Of a stretch of 64,000 nt of DNA, positions 1 to 8,141 are shown one piece after another. The notes beneath the pieces are model-generated. The model searched no databases. It had not been told where the DNA came from and saw only the letters and a program-made list of their open reading frames with translations. Location: positions 192,001 through 256,000 of the forward strand of contig JBGARZ010000006.1 in NCBI GenBank assembly GCA_044229975.1. Direction: 5' to 3'. The position numbers were made by a program, and so were the translations under genes. Each line of letters opens with the position of its first letter. Position 1 is the first letter of the stretch. The stretch comes from Polyangiales bacterium. Lineage in GTDB: Bacteria > Myxococcota_A > Polyangia > Polyangiales > Ga0077539.

Positions 1-599
1 TCGTCCCAGGCGCCGAAGGCGATGCCGCGGAGAACCTGGATGTCGCCGGTGAGGGTGATGCCCGCCTCGGTGATGATGAAGAGGGCGACCGCGACGGCGA
101 GGAGGCGCGCGACGGCGGAGGCGTTCGGGCGGGCGCGCTCGATGGCGCCGAGCATGGCGAAGAGGATCGGGACGACGAGGTAGAAGGACTCCTCCAGGCA
201 GAGGGTCCACATGGGCGGGTTGATGGTTCCGCGGTAGTCGGGGAAGTAGACGTGCGTGAGCGTGAGGTGGGCGACGACGTCGGCGAGCGGCCGCGGGGCG
301 GCGGTGACGAGCGTGACGGCGATGAGCGCCCAGGTGAGCGGGAGCACCCGGAAGGCGCGCTTGAGGAAGTAGTCGCGGAGGGACACGGCGCCCGCGACGA
401 AGGCGTCGAAGTAGAGAATGGTGAAGAGGAAACCCGAGAGGGCGAAGAAGAGGTTGACGCCCGTCCAGCCGTACTTGAGCGGCCACGCGTGGCGGCCTCC
501 CCAGCGGGCGCCCATGTGGCCGAAGAGCACCATCGCCGCCGCGAGCGCGCGAAACCCGGTGAGCGCGGGGACCTGGGTGCTGTCGCGTCCCTGACTCAC
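1..599 (-). CDS. Acyltransferase family 3 (OafA/YrhL-like) membrane protein, 3' end truncated by window
   Basis: Not in ORF track. Manual translation from GTG at 599 (overlaps upstream TGA): MSQGRDSTQVPALTGFRALAAAMVLFGH...GWTGVNLFFALSGFLFT...YFLKRAFRVLP...MWTLCLEESFYL, the typical AT3 motifs. Confidence 0.85.
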   Translation of the reverse strand, partial: MSQGRDSTQVPALTGFRALAAAMVLFGHMGARWGGRHAWPLKYGWTGVNLFFALSGFLFTILYFDAFVAGAVSLRDYFLKRAFRVLPLTWALIAVTLVTAAPRPLADVVAHLTLTHVYFPDYRGTINPPMWTLCLEESFYLVVPILFAMLGAIERARPNASAVARLLAVAVALFIITEAGITLTGDIQVLRGIAFGAWD

Positions 600-1468
600 T
601 CCGCCATCCCCACGGCCCAGCCCATCGTGTACCGCGCGTTGACGTCGCAGCACGCCACGAACCCATCCGTCCACCGATACCCGTCCACGCCCAACGGCCC
701 CCAGTAACCCACCGCCCGCAGCGCCTGCACCACCGCCTCCATCGCCCCATCCATCGCCCGCGACTCCGCCTCCGTCAGCGTCCCCACCCCCGCGCGCTCG
801 GTCGCTGCCCACGCGCCGAAGTCGTCGCACCGCTGCACCGTCAGCGCGCCCCACCGCGCTTCACCATCTCGCGCGAGCTCACCGTGCAGCGCCACATCCA
901 GCGTGCGCGTCACCTCGGGCTCCACCTGCAACCCCTCGCCCGTCGCCAGCGCCGCGTCGACCCACTTCGTCACGTGTGCATCGTCTGCCCCGTCGCGCCA
1001 TCGACAGCGACCACGCCCGTTGTACGAGTACGCCCGCTTCAACAGCCACGCGCCCGTCACCGACCCCCGCGCCACCGCCTCTTCGTACTCCGCTCGCGTC
1101 ATCACATACCGCGCGCCCGGCAGCTCCTCGACGCGCCCCGCCATCAAGCGCCGATGGTTCGCCGCGCGCAGCACCTCCGCCGACGGCGCCTCGGTCACCC
1201 GCGCGCCCGCTCGCGACAGCGCCCGCAGCGCCCGCGGCGTCGGGCACCACGCGACGCCCGCCGCTCCCCGCCACGCCGGGTCGTACGCCGCGAACTCGTC
1301 GAGCCGCGCGTCGCCCTCCCGCATCAAGCGCGACCGTCGCGCGAGCTCCTCGAAGCGCCCGCGCAGCGACGCCGACGGCGTCATCGAACCCGGTCGCGCG
1401 AGCTCGTCCTCGGCGTCGAGGTTGAAGACCCAGAGCCGACGCTCGTCGTCCGTCGCCTGGGCTCCCAC
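596..1468 (-). CDS. ATP-grasp-like protein
   Basis: WLLKRAYSYNGRGR, LQVEPEV, GYWGPLGVD and DVNARYTMG resemble ATP-grasp motifs; probable start GTG at 1468 inside the inverted-repeat arm (ORF track start 1558). Confidence 0.7.
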   Translation of the reverse strand: MGAQATDDERRLWVFNLDAEDELARPGSMTPSASLRGRFEELARRSRLMREGDARLDEFAAYDPAWRGAAGVAWCPTPRALRALSRAGARVTEAPSAEVLRAANHRRLMAGRVEELPGARYVMTRAEYEEAVARGSVTGAWLLKRAYSYNGRGRCRWRDGADDAHVTKWVDAALATGEGLQVEPEVTRTLDVALHGELARDGEARWGALTVQRCDDFGAWAATERAGVGTLTEAESRAMDGAMEAVVQALRAVGYWGPLGVDGYRWTDGFVACCDVNARYTMGWAVGMAE

Positions 1469-1596
1469 GCCGTCAGTCCCCGTCCTTACCCGGAGGGACG
1501 TGACCGCTACGTCGACCCAACGCGGTTCGGACCGTGGACCGTAGGCGTTGGCGGTCACGTCCCTCCGGGTAAGGACGGGGACTGACGGCGTGGGAG
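1462..1596. repeat. Perfect 46-bp inverted repeat (1462-1507 / 1551-1596), 43-bp spacer; REP-doublet/REPIN-like
   Basis: ctcccacgccgtcagtccccgtccttacccggagggacgtgaccgc and its exact reverse complement. Confidence 0.95.
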
Positions 1597-1618
1597 TCGT
1601 ACCGGCCTCGCGAGCCCA

Positions 1619-2425
1619 TCACGCCCGTCCTCCCGGATCAAACGTCACCGCGCCGAGTAGTTCGATGAACAGCGGGTCCATGCCCGCGCGCCCGCGGCGC
1701 TCGACGTCCAGCGGCAGTCCCCGCAACAACACCGGCGACATCGGCGGCGGCAGGTGCGCCCTCCACGTCTCGAAATCCGCCGCGCCCGCGAAGCGCCTGA
1801 ACCAGTGCAGCGCGAAGCGCACATGCGGCAGCTCCTCTTCGCCCACCAGCATCTGCAGGTCCGCCCCGCGCTCGTCGCCCGCCTCGCGCAACCAGCGTGT
1901 GTACCGCTGGCTGTGATCGAGGTTGGCCGCCTCCAGGCCCATGCCCATCACCGCGCAGAATTCCGCCGGGCTCTTCGCCGCCGGGACCCTCTGCCAGAAC
2001 CAGTCGCGCACCCCGAAATCGCCCACCGCGCAGCCCAGCGACTCCAGCGCCTCGCGGTACATCGCCATGTGCCGCACTTCATCCAACAGGATGTTCGCGA
2101 GCCCACGCCGAAACGCCAGCGGCGTCTCCGGGTACGCCACGATGGCCCAGGCCATCAGCTCCGCCGCCTGCATCTCGTGATGCATGAACGTGTGAAACAA
2201 CCACGCGCGCTTCTTCGGGTCGCGCAGCGCGTTGGCCTTCGGGCTCTTCTCCGCCCGCTCGATGACCCTGATCTCCTTCGGTCGACCCGGTCGCAGCGCG
2301 GGTGACGCAATCGCAACCGCCCCGTCGTCCTCCGCCGACGGAATCGGCGGAGGCGCGAACTTCACCGACAGCTCATCGGACAACAGGTACGCGCGCGCCC
2401 ACTCGTGCAGCGCGTGCGACGTCAC
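1619..2425 (-). CDS. Ferritin-like diiron protein (DUF455 family)
   Basis: HTFMHHEMQA, LLDEVRH, LEAANLD and EEELPHVRFALHWF motifs; GTG start overlaps the TGA of the upstream gene. Confidence 0.8.
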   Translation of the reverse strand: MTSHALHEWARAYLLSDELSVKFAPPPIPSAEDDGAVAIASPALRPGRPKEIRVIERAEKSPKANALRDPKKRAWLFHTFMHHEMQAAELMAWAIVAYPETPLAFRRGLANILLDEVRHMAMYREALESLGCAVGDFGVRDWFWQRVPAAKSPAEFCAVMGMGLEAANLDHSQRYTRWLREAGDERGADLQMLVGEEELPHVRFALHWFRRFAGAADFETWRAHLPPPMSPVLLRGLPLDVERRGRAGMDPLFIELLGAVTFDPGGRA

Positions 2426-4062
2426 GGAGGCGCGCCGAGGCAGCGGCCGCCGATGCAGGTCTCGCCCGCGGCGCACACCATCCCCGAGCCGCACTCCTGG
2501 CGCGTCACCGACGGAACCCACTGCGCGATGTGGTTGCCCTGGTCGATGTTCTGGAAGGGCAGCCAGAAGGCCGGCGTGCTCGGGTCGCCGCCCGTCGTCG
2601 TCGGACGGAACGCCGCCATCCAGAGCTGCGTGGTGCGCATGCCGGGCTCGCGCCCCTGCTGACGAATGCGCAGGCCGTAGTCACGACGGCTGGAGAACGT
2701 GAGCCACAGCAGGGGCTCGTCGACCTCGCCGCCGGTGCGCTCGACGAAGGGCGTCCACTTCGGCCACGAGTTGCCGTTGGCGTCGCCGCCGTCGGCGCGC
2801 GCCAGGCGGATGGGCTCGGCGCTCCCGCTCACCGCCTTCACCCAGAGCTGCGCGCCGATGTTGCTCGACGACTCCCCGTACGCCCGATTGAACAACACCC
2901 ATCGGTTGTCGGGAGAGAACGAGGGATAGTAGTTGTTGACGTCGGTGCTGCGCAGAAACATCGAGGCCGCGCCGAACGCGGTGCCCGTCCATGGCATCAA
3001 CACCAGGTCGGCCGGGCCCGAGTGGCCCGTCGGGCCGCCGAAGCCCTGCGGGCGCGAAAACACCGCCTGCGTGCCGTCGGGCGACCAGTCGGGCATCGAC
3101 CCGACGGTGTTGGGGGCGAGCCCGGGCACCGACTGCCCGTTGGCGCCGTCGAGCAGCTGCATGACCGAGCCGTTGGACGCGAGGTAGCGGGCGTTGTCGG
3201 GCGAGAAGGTTCCGAAGCTTGAGTAGAAGGGTGTGCCGCGGGCCTCGCGCGTGCCCACGTCGAGGATGGGCGTCGGCGTGAAGCCGGGGATGGGACCGCG
3301 CCCGGCCCAGATGCGCGAGCCGTCGCGGGAGAGCGCGTGGCAGCCGTAGCAGCCGATGAGGTCGCCGCGGAGGAAGATCTCGGCGCGCGCGTCGGCCGCG
3401 CCCAGGTCGTAGCGAACGATGCTGCCCGACGCCGCCCACCAGTACACGGCGCCGCGGAGCGAGTCGCGCGTGATGCCGAGCGTGATGGGCGCCGAGGTGC
3501 CGACAGGCGTGGGCTCGCCGGTGTCGGTCGTGCGGGTGCCGCGCACGGTGACGGTGACGCTGCCGCGCCCGCGGCCGGCCTCGGCGATCTGCGCGAGGTC
3601 GGCCGGGGCGAGGATGAGCGTGCAGCCGCCGCCGACGGGCGTGCAGCGGGTGTAGAAGCGCGCGACCTGCACCGAGCCGGCGAAGGCCACCTCGAAGAGG
3701 CTGTTGTCCACGCCCGGCCGGAAATGGATCTCGAAGGACGGGAGGTTGGGCGGGATGATGGTGTCGGTCTCGGGGTAGACGATGGAGGGCGCACCCGCCG
3801 CATCGTCGGGCCCGCTGAAGCGCATCGCGGAGTCGGCGGGCGCGTCGGGCCGAACGTTGTCGCGCACCGTCTGCACCGGCGGACGATCGACGGGAAAGCC
3901 CGCGTCGGTGGGCGTCACCGCGCCGTTGTCGACGACCGCGCCCGCGTCCCTCACGCCCGTGTCGGCCGGGCTCGCGTCGGGGCGAAACACTCGCGCGGGC
4001 TCTTCCGAGCACCCCACCGCCGCCGTCATCAACGCCGCGATCACCGCTGTCCTGGCCCGCAT
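2422..4062 (-). CDS. TolB-like beta-propeller lipoprotein (myxobacterial type)
   Basis: AGGAG RBS; signal peptide with lipobox (AAVGC); PD40-like repeats (PDWSPDG, PSFSPDN, WPKWTP); CYGCH motif; Cys-rich tail. Confidence 0.75.
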   Translation of the reverse strand: MRARTAVIAALMTAAVGCSEEPARVFRPDASPADTGVRDAGAVVDNGAVTPTDAGFPVDRPPVQTVRDNVRPDAPADSAMRFSGPDDAAGAPSIVYPETDTIIPPNLPSFEIHFRPGVDNSLFEVAFAGSVQVARFYTRCTPVGGGCTLILAPADLAQIAEAGRGRGSVTVTVRGTRTTDTGEPTPVGTSAPITLGITRDSLRGAVYWWAASGSIVRYDLGAADARAEIFLRGDLIGCYGCHALSRDGSRIWAGRGPIPGFTPTPILDVGTREARGTPFYSSFGTFSPDNARYLASNGSVMQLLDGANGQSVPGLAPNTVGSMPDWSPDGTQAVFSRPQGFGGPTGHSGPADLVLMPWTGTAFGAASMFLRSTDVNNYYPSFSPDNRWVLFNRAYGESSSNIGAQLWVKAVSGSAEPIRLARADGGDANGNSWPKWTPFVERTGGEVDEPLLWLTFSSRRDYGLRIRQQGREPGMRTTQLWMAAFRPTTTGGDPSTPAFWLPFQNIDQGNHIAQWVPSVTRQECGSGMVCAAGETCIGGRCLGAPP

Positions 4063-4144
4063 GACGCTCCTGTGTGGATGGTCGGGAATTGCCGTGACGT
4101 TCCGACCGACGAGACTCCTTGCCACAATCGTCGACGCGCTGGCA

Positions 4145-5341
4145 ATGTCCCGCGCCATGCGCTCTGGAGTGATGGTCTCGATGGTCGCGCTCGCAGCGCT
4201 GGCAGGGTGTGGCGACGAGCCCGCTGTGATCCCGACCGTGGACGGTGGTGACGCGGGGCGCACCGACCTCGGCGACATGGACGCGGGCCTCGGCACCGAT
4301 GCCGGGTCGACGATGGATGCGGGCGTCGAGGACACCTACGACCCGTGCAACCCGCGGCTGCGACTGGGTGATGGTGGGACGGCGTTTGACCCCGACCCGC
4401 GGTGTCCGCTGCCCAACCTGATTCCGGTGATCGAGCGGGTGCAGATCCAGACGCGCACCTTCGCGGCGGGTTCGTGCGAGGTGATGGAGGGCTGCACCAT
4501 GCCGGGCCGTCGCCGCCTGCTGCGCTTCGACCTCATCACCCCCAACATCGGCGCGGGCGACCTCTACCTGGGCCCGCCGATGCCCGGCAACCGCCCCGAC
4601 GGGCGCTTCGAGTACGGCGCCTGTCACATGCACTACCACTTCCGCGGCTACGCCGATTACCGGCTCATGGCCATGAGCACGGACACCGAGGTGGCGCGCG
4701 GGCACAAGCAGTCGTTCTGCCTGCTCGACAGCGCGCGGTACATGGACATGGGCCGCACGCTGCGGCCGGGCGAGGTGTACACGTGCACCGACCAGGGCAT
4801 CCACGCCGGGTGGTACGACCTCTACGACCGCGCGCTCGACTGCCAGTACGTCGACATCACGGACGTGCCGCCCGGGCGCTACCGGGTGCGCGTTCGCATC
4901 AACGAGCTGCGCGGCCTGACGGAGACCAACTACAACGACAACGAGGCCTTCCGCGAGGTGGAGATTCCCGCGACGGACCCGGTGTCCAACGACCCCACCG
5001 ACGCGTGCGCCGCCGACACCGACGGCACCGAGCGCAACTGCGGCTGGACCATCGACCGCGCCCTCACCTGCACGCCGGGCACGCGCGTGACCGTCGGCTG
5101 CAACGCGAGCTGCGGCGCGGGCTCGTGCGCGGGCAACCCGGTGATCCGCGTGTGCGCGGGCGACGGCCCCTGCCAGCACAGCGCGGCCCTCGCGGAGAAC
5201 GACGATGCGTGCGGCAACTCGTGCCCGTCGGTGAGCTTCATGTGCCCGCCGTTTCGCAACCGCTACACCGTGATGACGGGCGGCGCGCGGGCGGGCGGCG
5301 CCTACGAGTGCCGCCTCGAAGCGAGCGAGGCGCGTCCGTAG
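4145..5341 (+). CDS. Lysyl oxidase family lipoprotein with Cys-rich C-terminal domain
   Basis: Lipobox LAGC; RRLLRF, CHMHYHF (Cu ligands), GHKQSFCLLD, GWYDLY, CQYVDITDVPPGRY and ETNYNDN match the LOX catalytic domain. Confidence 0.88.
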   Translation: MSRAMRSGVMVSMVALAALAGCGDEPAVIPTVDGGDAGRTDLGDMDAGLGTDAGSTMDAGVEDTYDPCNPRLRLGDGGTAFDPDPRCPLPNLIPVIERVQIQTRTFAAGSCEVMEGCTMPGRRRLLRFDLITPNIGAGDLYLGPPMPGNRPDGRFEYGACHMHYHFRGYADYRLMAMSTDTEVARGHKQSFCLLDSARYMDMGRTLRPGEVYTCTDQGIHAGWYDLYDRALDCQYVDITDVPPGRYRVRVRINELRGLTETNYNDNEAFREVEIPATDPVSNDPTDACAADTDGTERNCGWTIDRALTCTPGTRVTVGCNASCGAGSCAGNPVIRVCAGDGPCQHSAALAENDDACGNSCPSVSFMCPPFRNRYTVMTGGARAGGAYECRLEASEARP

Positions 5342-5344
5342 AGA

Positions 5345-6532
5345 TCACAGCAGCTTGCGCCAGAGGTACCACCCCCACGAGCGGACCTTCTCCATCCACG
5401 GGCGCTTCGCCCACTCCACGGGGTCGACCTCGCGCGAGTGCTCCTTGAGGTCGCGCCGCATGGACGCCTCGATGGCCGCGACGAAGCCCTCGTCGGTGCT
5501 CGCGAGGTTGGCCTCCAGGTTGTACCGCAGCGATCGGTAGTCGAGGTTGTAGCTGCCGGTGGTGGCCCAGTCGTCCACCAGCAGGGTCTTCGCGTGCAGG
5601 ATGCCGCGCGTCCACTCGTGCACGTGGATGCCCGACGCCATGAGGTCGGCGTAGATCCATTCGGTGGCGTACTTCACCGCCGGCACGTCGCTCTCGCCGG
5701 GGACCATCACCCGCACCTCGACGCCCCGCCGCGCGGCGTTTTTCAGCGCGCGCTTCACCCGCATGTCGGGGATGAAATACGAGTTGGCGATGAGCACCCG
5801 CCGCTCGGCGCTCCGGATGCGCGAGAGGTACGCCCGGCGGATCACCCGGCGCGCGCCCCACGCGTCGTGGCCCAGCACCGCCACCCGCGGGTGCGGTCGG
5901 CTCATGTTCGAGACGCCCAGCTCCTCCCGCGCCGCCGCCGCGCGCTCCCGCGACGTGAACACCCGCAGGTTGCTCGGGCACTCCCCCCCCTGGCTCGCCC
6001 ACGTCTCGAAGAACAGCGTCCGCACCCGCGCCGCCGTCGGGCCGATCACCAGCGCCACGTCGTCGCGCCACCCGCCGCCGCCGTCCTCCACGCACAGCCA
6101 CGGCAGCCCGAGGTTGAGCCCGCCCACGAAGGCCATGCGCTCGTCGATCACCAGCATCTTGCGGTGGTCGCGCTGCGACACCCAGCCCACGCGAAACCGC
6201 CGCCGCCACGGGGCGATGGGGTTGAACTCGATGACCTTCCCCCCCGCCGCGAGCAGGGCTTCGTACATGGTCGTGTCGGCGCCGAGCGACCCGATGGCGT
6301 CATAGAGAACGCACACCGCGACGCCCGCCTTCGCGCGCTCGGTGAGGGCGTCGATGACGCGCGTCCCGGCCTTGCTGGCGTCGAGCCAGTACATCTCCAG
6401 CAGCACCTCGCGCTTCGCGCCGCGGATGGCCTTGAGCATCGCCGGGATGGTCTGCTCGCCGTCGCGCAGCAGCGTGATGCGCTCGTCGGGCGCGTCGAAC
6501 TCGAGCTCGCTCTCCGTCGAGATGCAGCTCAT
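5345..6532 (-). CDS. Phospholipase D family, cardiolipin synthase-like
   Basis: Two HxKxxxxD motifs (HRKMLVID, HAKTLLVD); GSYNLDYRS. Confidence 0.88.
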   Translation of the reverse strand: MSCISTESELEFDAPDERITLLRDGEQTIPAMLKAIRGAKREVLLEMYWLDASKAGTRVIDALTERAKAGVAVCVLYDAIGSLGADTTMYEALLAAGGKVIEFNPIAPWRRRFRVGWVSQRDHRKMLVIDERMAFVGGLNLGLPWLCVEDGGGGWRDDVALVIGPTAARVRTLFFETWASQGGECPSNLRVFTSRERAAAAREELGVSNMSRPHPRVAVLGHDAWGARRVIRRAYLSRIRSAERRVLIANSYFIPDMRVKRALKNAARRGVEVRVMVPGESDVPAVKYATEWIYADLMASGIHVHEWTRGILHAKTLLVDDWATTGSYNLDYRSLRYNLEANLASTDEGFVAAIEASMRRDLKEHSREVDPVEWAKRPWMEKVRSWGWYLWRKLL

Positions 6533-7281
6533 CGATGTCGGTCGTAGAGCCCGAGCGCCCAGGCGCCCGCGGGGGTCGCGCGAAACTCGTCGACGGTCTC
6601 GCGCATGGCAGCGGGGAGCTCGTCCTTCGGACAGAGCCAGCGGTCAGAGCGCGTGGGGAAGAGCACGGGGTTGGCCAGCGCCGCGAAGGCCACGTCGGCC
6701 GCCGTGAGCCTTCCGCCGACGAGATACGCGCGGCCGTCCGAGAGGGCAGCGGAGACCTCGGCGAAGATCTCGCGCATGCGGTCGAGGGAGCGCTGACAGC
6801 TCTTCGGGTTGACGTTGAGCCCGCGGCCGATGATGGCGCGCGCCACGGGAAACCCGACGCCCACCGCGAAGGACTCCGCGGCGGGGACGTTCTTCTGCAT
6901 GAGCCGGCGGGTGTTGTCGGCGTCGGGGAGCAGGTGCCCATAGGCCCAGCGCCGGGCGGCGGGACCGAGCTTCTCGTCGAAGAGGTTCTCCCAGCGGTTC
7001 ACCTCAGCGAGCTGCGCCGGGTCTTCGGGGAAGAGGCGCTCGGGTTCGGTGAGCTGCGCATCGATCCAGTGAAGGATGTCGGTGGAGTCGGCGACGGTGC
7101 GGTCGCGGGTCTTGAGCACCGGGACGGTCTTGCGGCCGCCCGCGAGGCGCACCGGGAGGTAGTGCGCGAGCGGCAGGTGCGCGCGCTCTTCGTAGGTGAG
7201 CCCGGCGCGGTCGAGGGCCCAACGGGCCTTCTCGCAATAGTGGCTGAACGGAATGGTCACCAGCACGAGGTCAGTCGTCAC
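6529..7281 (-). CDS. Glutathione S-transferase family protein
   Basis: SHYCEKARWAL, TVPVL, DSTDI, YLVGGRLTAAD. Confidence 0.88.
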   Translation of the reverse strand: MTTDLVLVTIPFSHYCEKARWALDRAGLTYEERAHLPLAHYLPVRLAGGRKTVPVLKTRDRTVADSTDILHWIDAQLTEPERLFPEDPAQLAEVNRWENLFDEKLGPAARRWAYGHLLPDADNTRRLMQKNVPAAESFAVGVGFPVARAIIGRGLNVNPKSCQRSLDRMREIFAEVSAALSDGRAYLVGGRLTAADVAFAALANPVLFPTRSDRWLCPKDELPAAMRETVDEFRATPAGAWALGLYDRHR

Positions 7282-8074
7282 GATCGAGCTCCCAGATGTC
7301 GCCCCAGAGTGAGGCGCCGCCGTCGATGTAGAAGGTAGAGCCGGTGACGTAGTCGGCCGCGTCGCTGGCGAGGAAGGTGACGAGGTGCGAGACCTCGGCG
7401 GGGGTCCCGAGTCGGCCCGCGGGGGTCTGCTGCTCGGCCTTCACGACGAGCTCGGGGGGATAGCGGTCGGTGCCGGTGGAGCGGATGGTTCCGGGTGCGA
7501 CGGCGTTGACCTGGATGCCGTAGGGGGCCCACTCGACGGCGAGGCTCTTGGTGAGGTTGTCGACGCCCGCGCGAGCCGCGCCGGTGTGGGCCATGCCGGG
7601 GAAGCCGCGCGCGACGTTGGCGATGACGTTGATGATCCGGCCTTTTTTCTGCGGGATCATCGCGACGTTGGCGACGGCGCTGGTGACGTTGAAGGTCCCG
7701 AGGAGGTTGTTGCGCACGACGGCCTCGAAGCCCTTCGGCGAGATGAGCTTCGCGGGCGACGGAAACTGTCCCCCGGCGTTGTTGACGAGGACATCGACGC
7801 GGCCGAAGCGCTCGACGACGGAGCGCACGAAGGCTTCGATGGACTCGGGCTGTCGGATGTCGACGGAGCCCGCCATGGCTTGATGGCCGCGGGCGGTGAG
7901 GGACTCGGCCGCGAGGGTGACGGGCTCGACGCGGCGGCCGCAGAGGGCAACCGAGGCGCCGAGGGAGGCGAGCTCTTCGGCGATGGCGAGGCCGATGCCG
8001 GTGCCGCCGCCGGTGATGAGGGCGACGCGGCCGGCGAAGAGGCCGGGGCGAAAGGGGGTTTCGTCGGTAGTCAT
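7271..8074 (-). CDS. SDR oxidoreductase (trans-2-enoyl-CoA / 2,4-dienoyl-CoA reductase-like)
   Basis: TGGGTGIG, NNAGGQF, HTGAARAG, VNAVAPG. Confidence 0.88.
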   Translation of the reverse strand: MTTDETPFRPGLFAGRVALITGGGTGIGLAIAEELASLGASVALCGRRVEPVTLAAESLTARGHQAMAGSVDIRQPESIEAFVRSVVERFGRVDVLVNNAGGQFPSPAKLISPKGFEAVVRNNLLGTFNVTSAVANVAMIPQKKGRIINVIANVARGFPGMAHTGAARAGVDNLTKSLAVEWAPYGIQVNAVAPGTIRSTGTDRYPPELVVKAEQQTPAGRLGTPAEVSHLVTFLASDAADYVTGSTFYIDGGASLWGDIWELDRDD

Positions 8075-8141
8075 CGGGTGGGCGGCGCGCATTGAACCCT
8101 ATTCCCGCGCGGGGCGCACCTGGAGTAGCCTCCGCGTCGCG

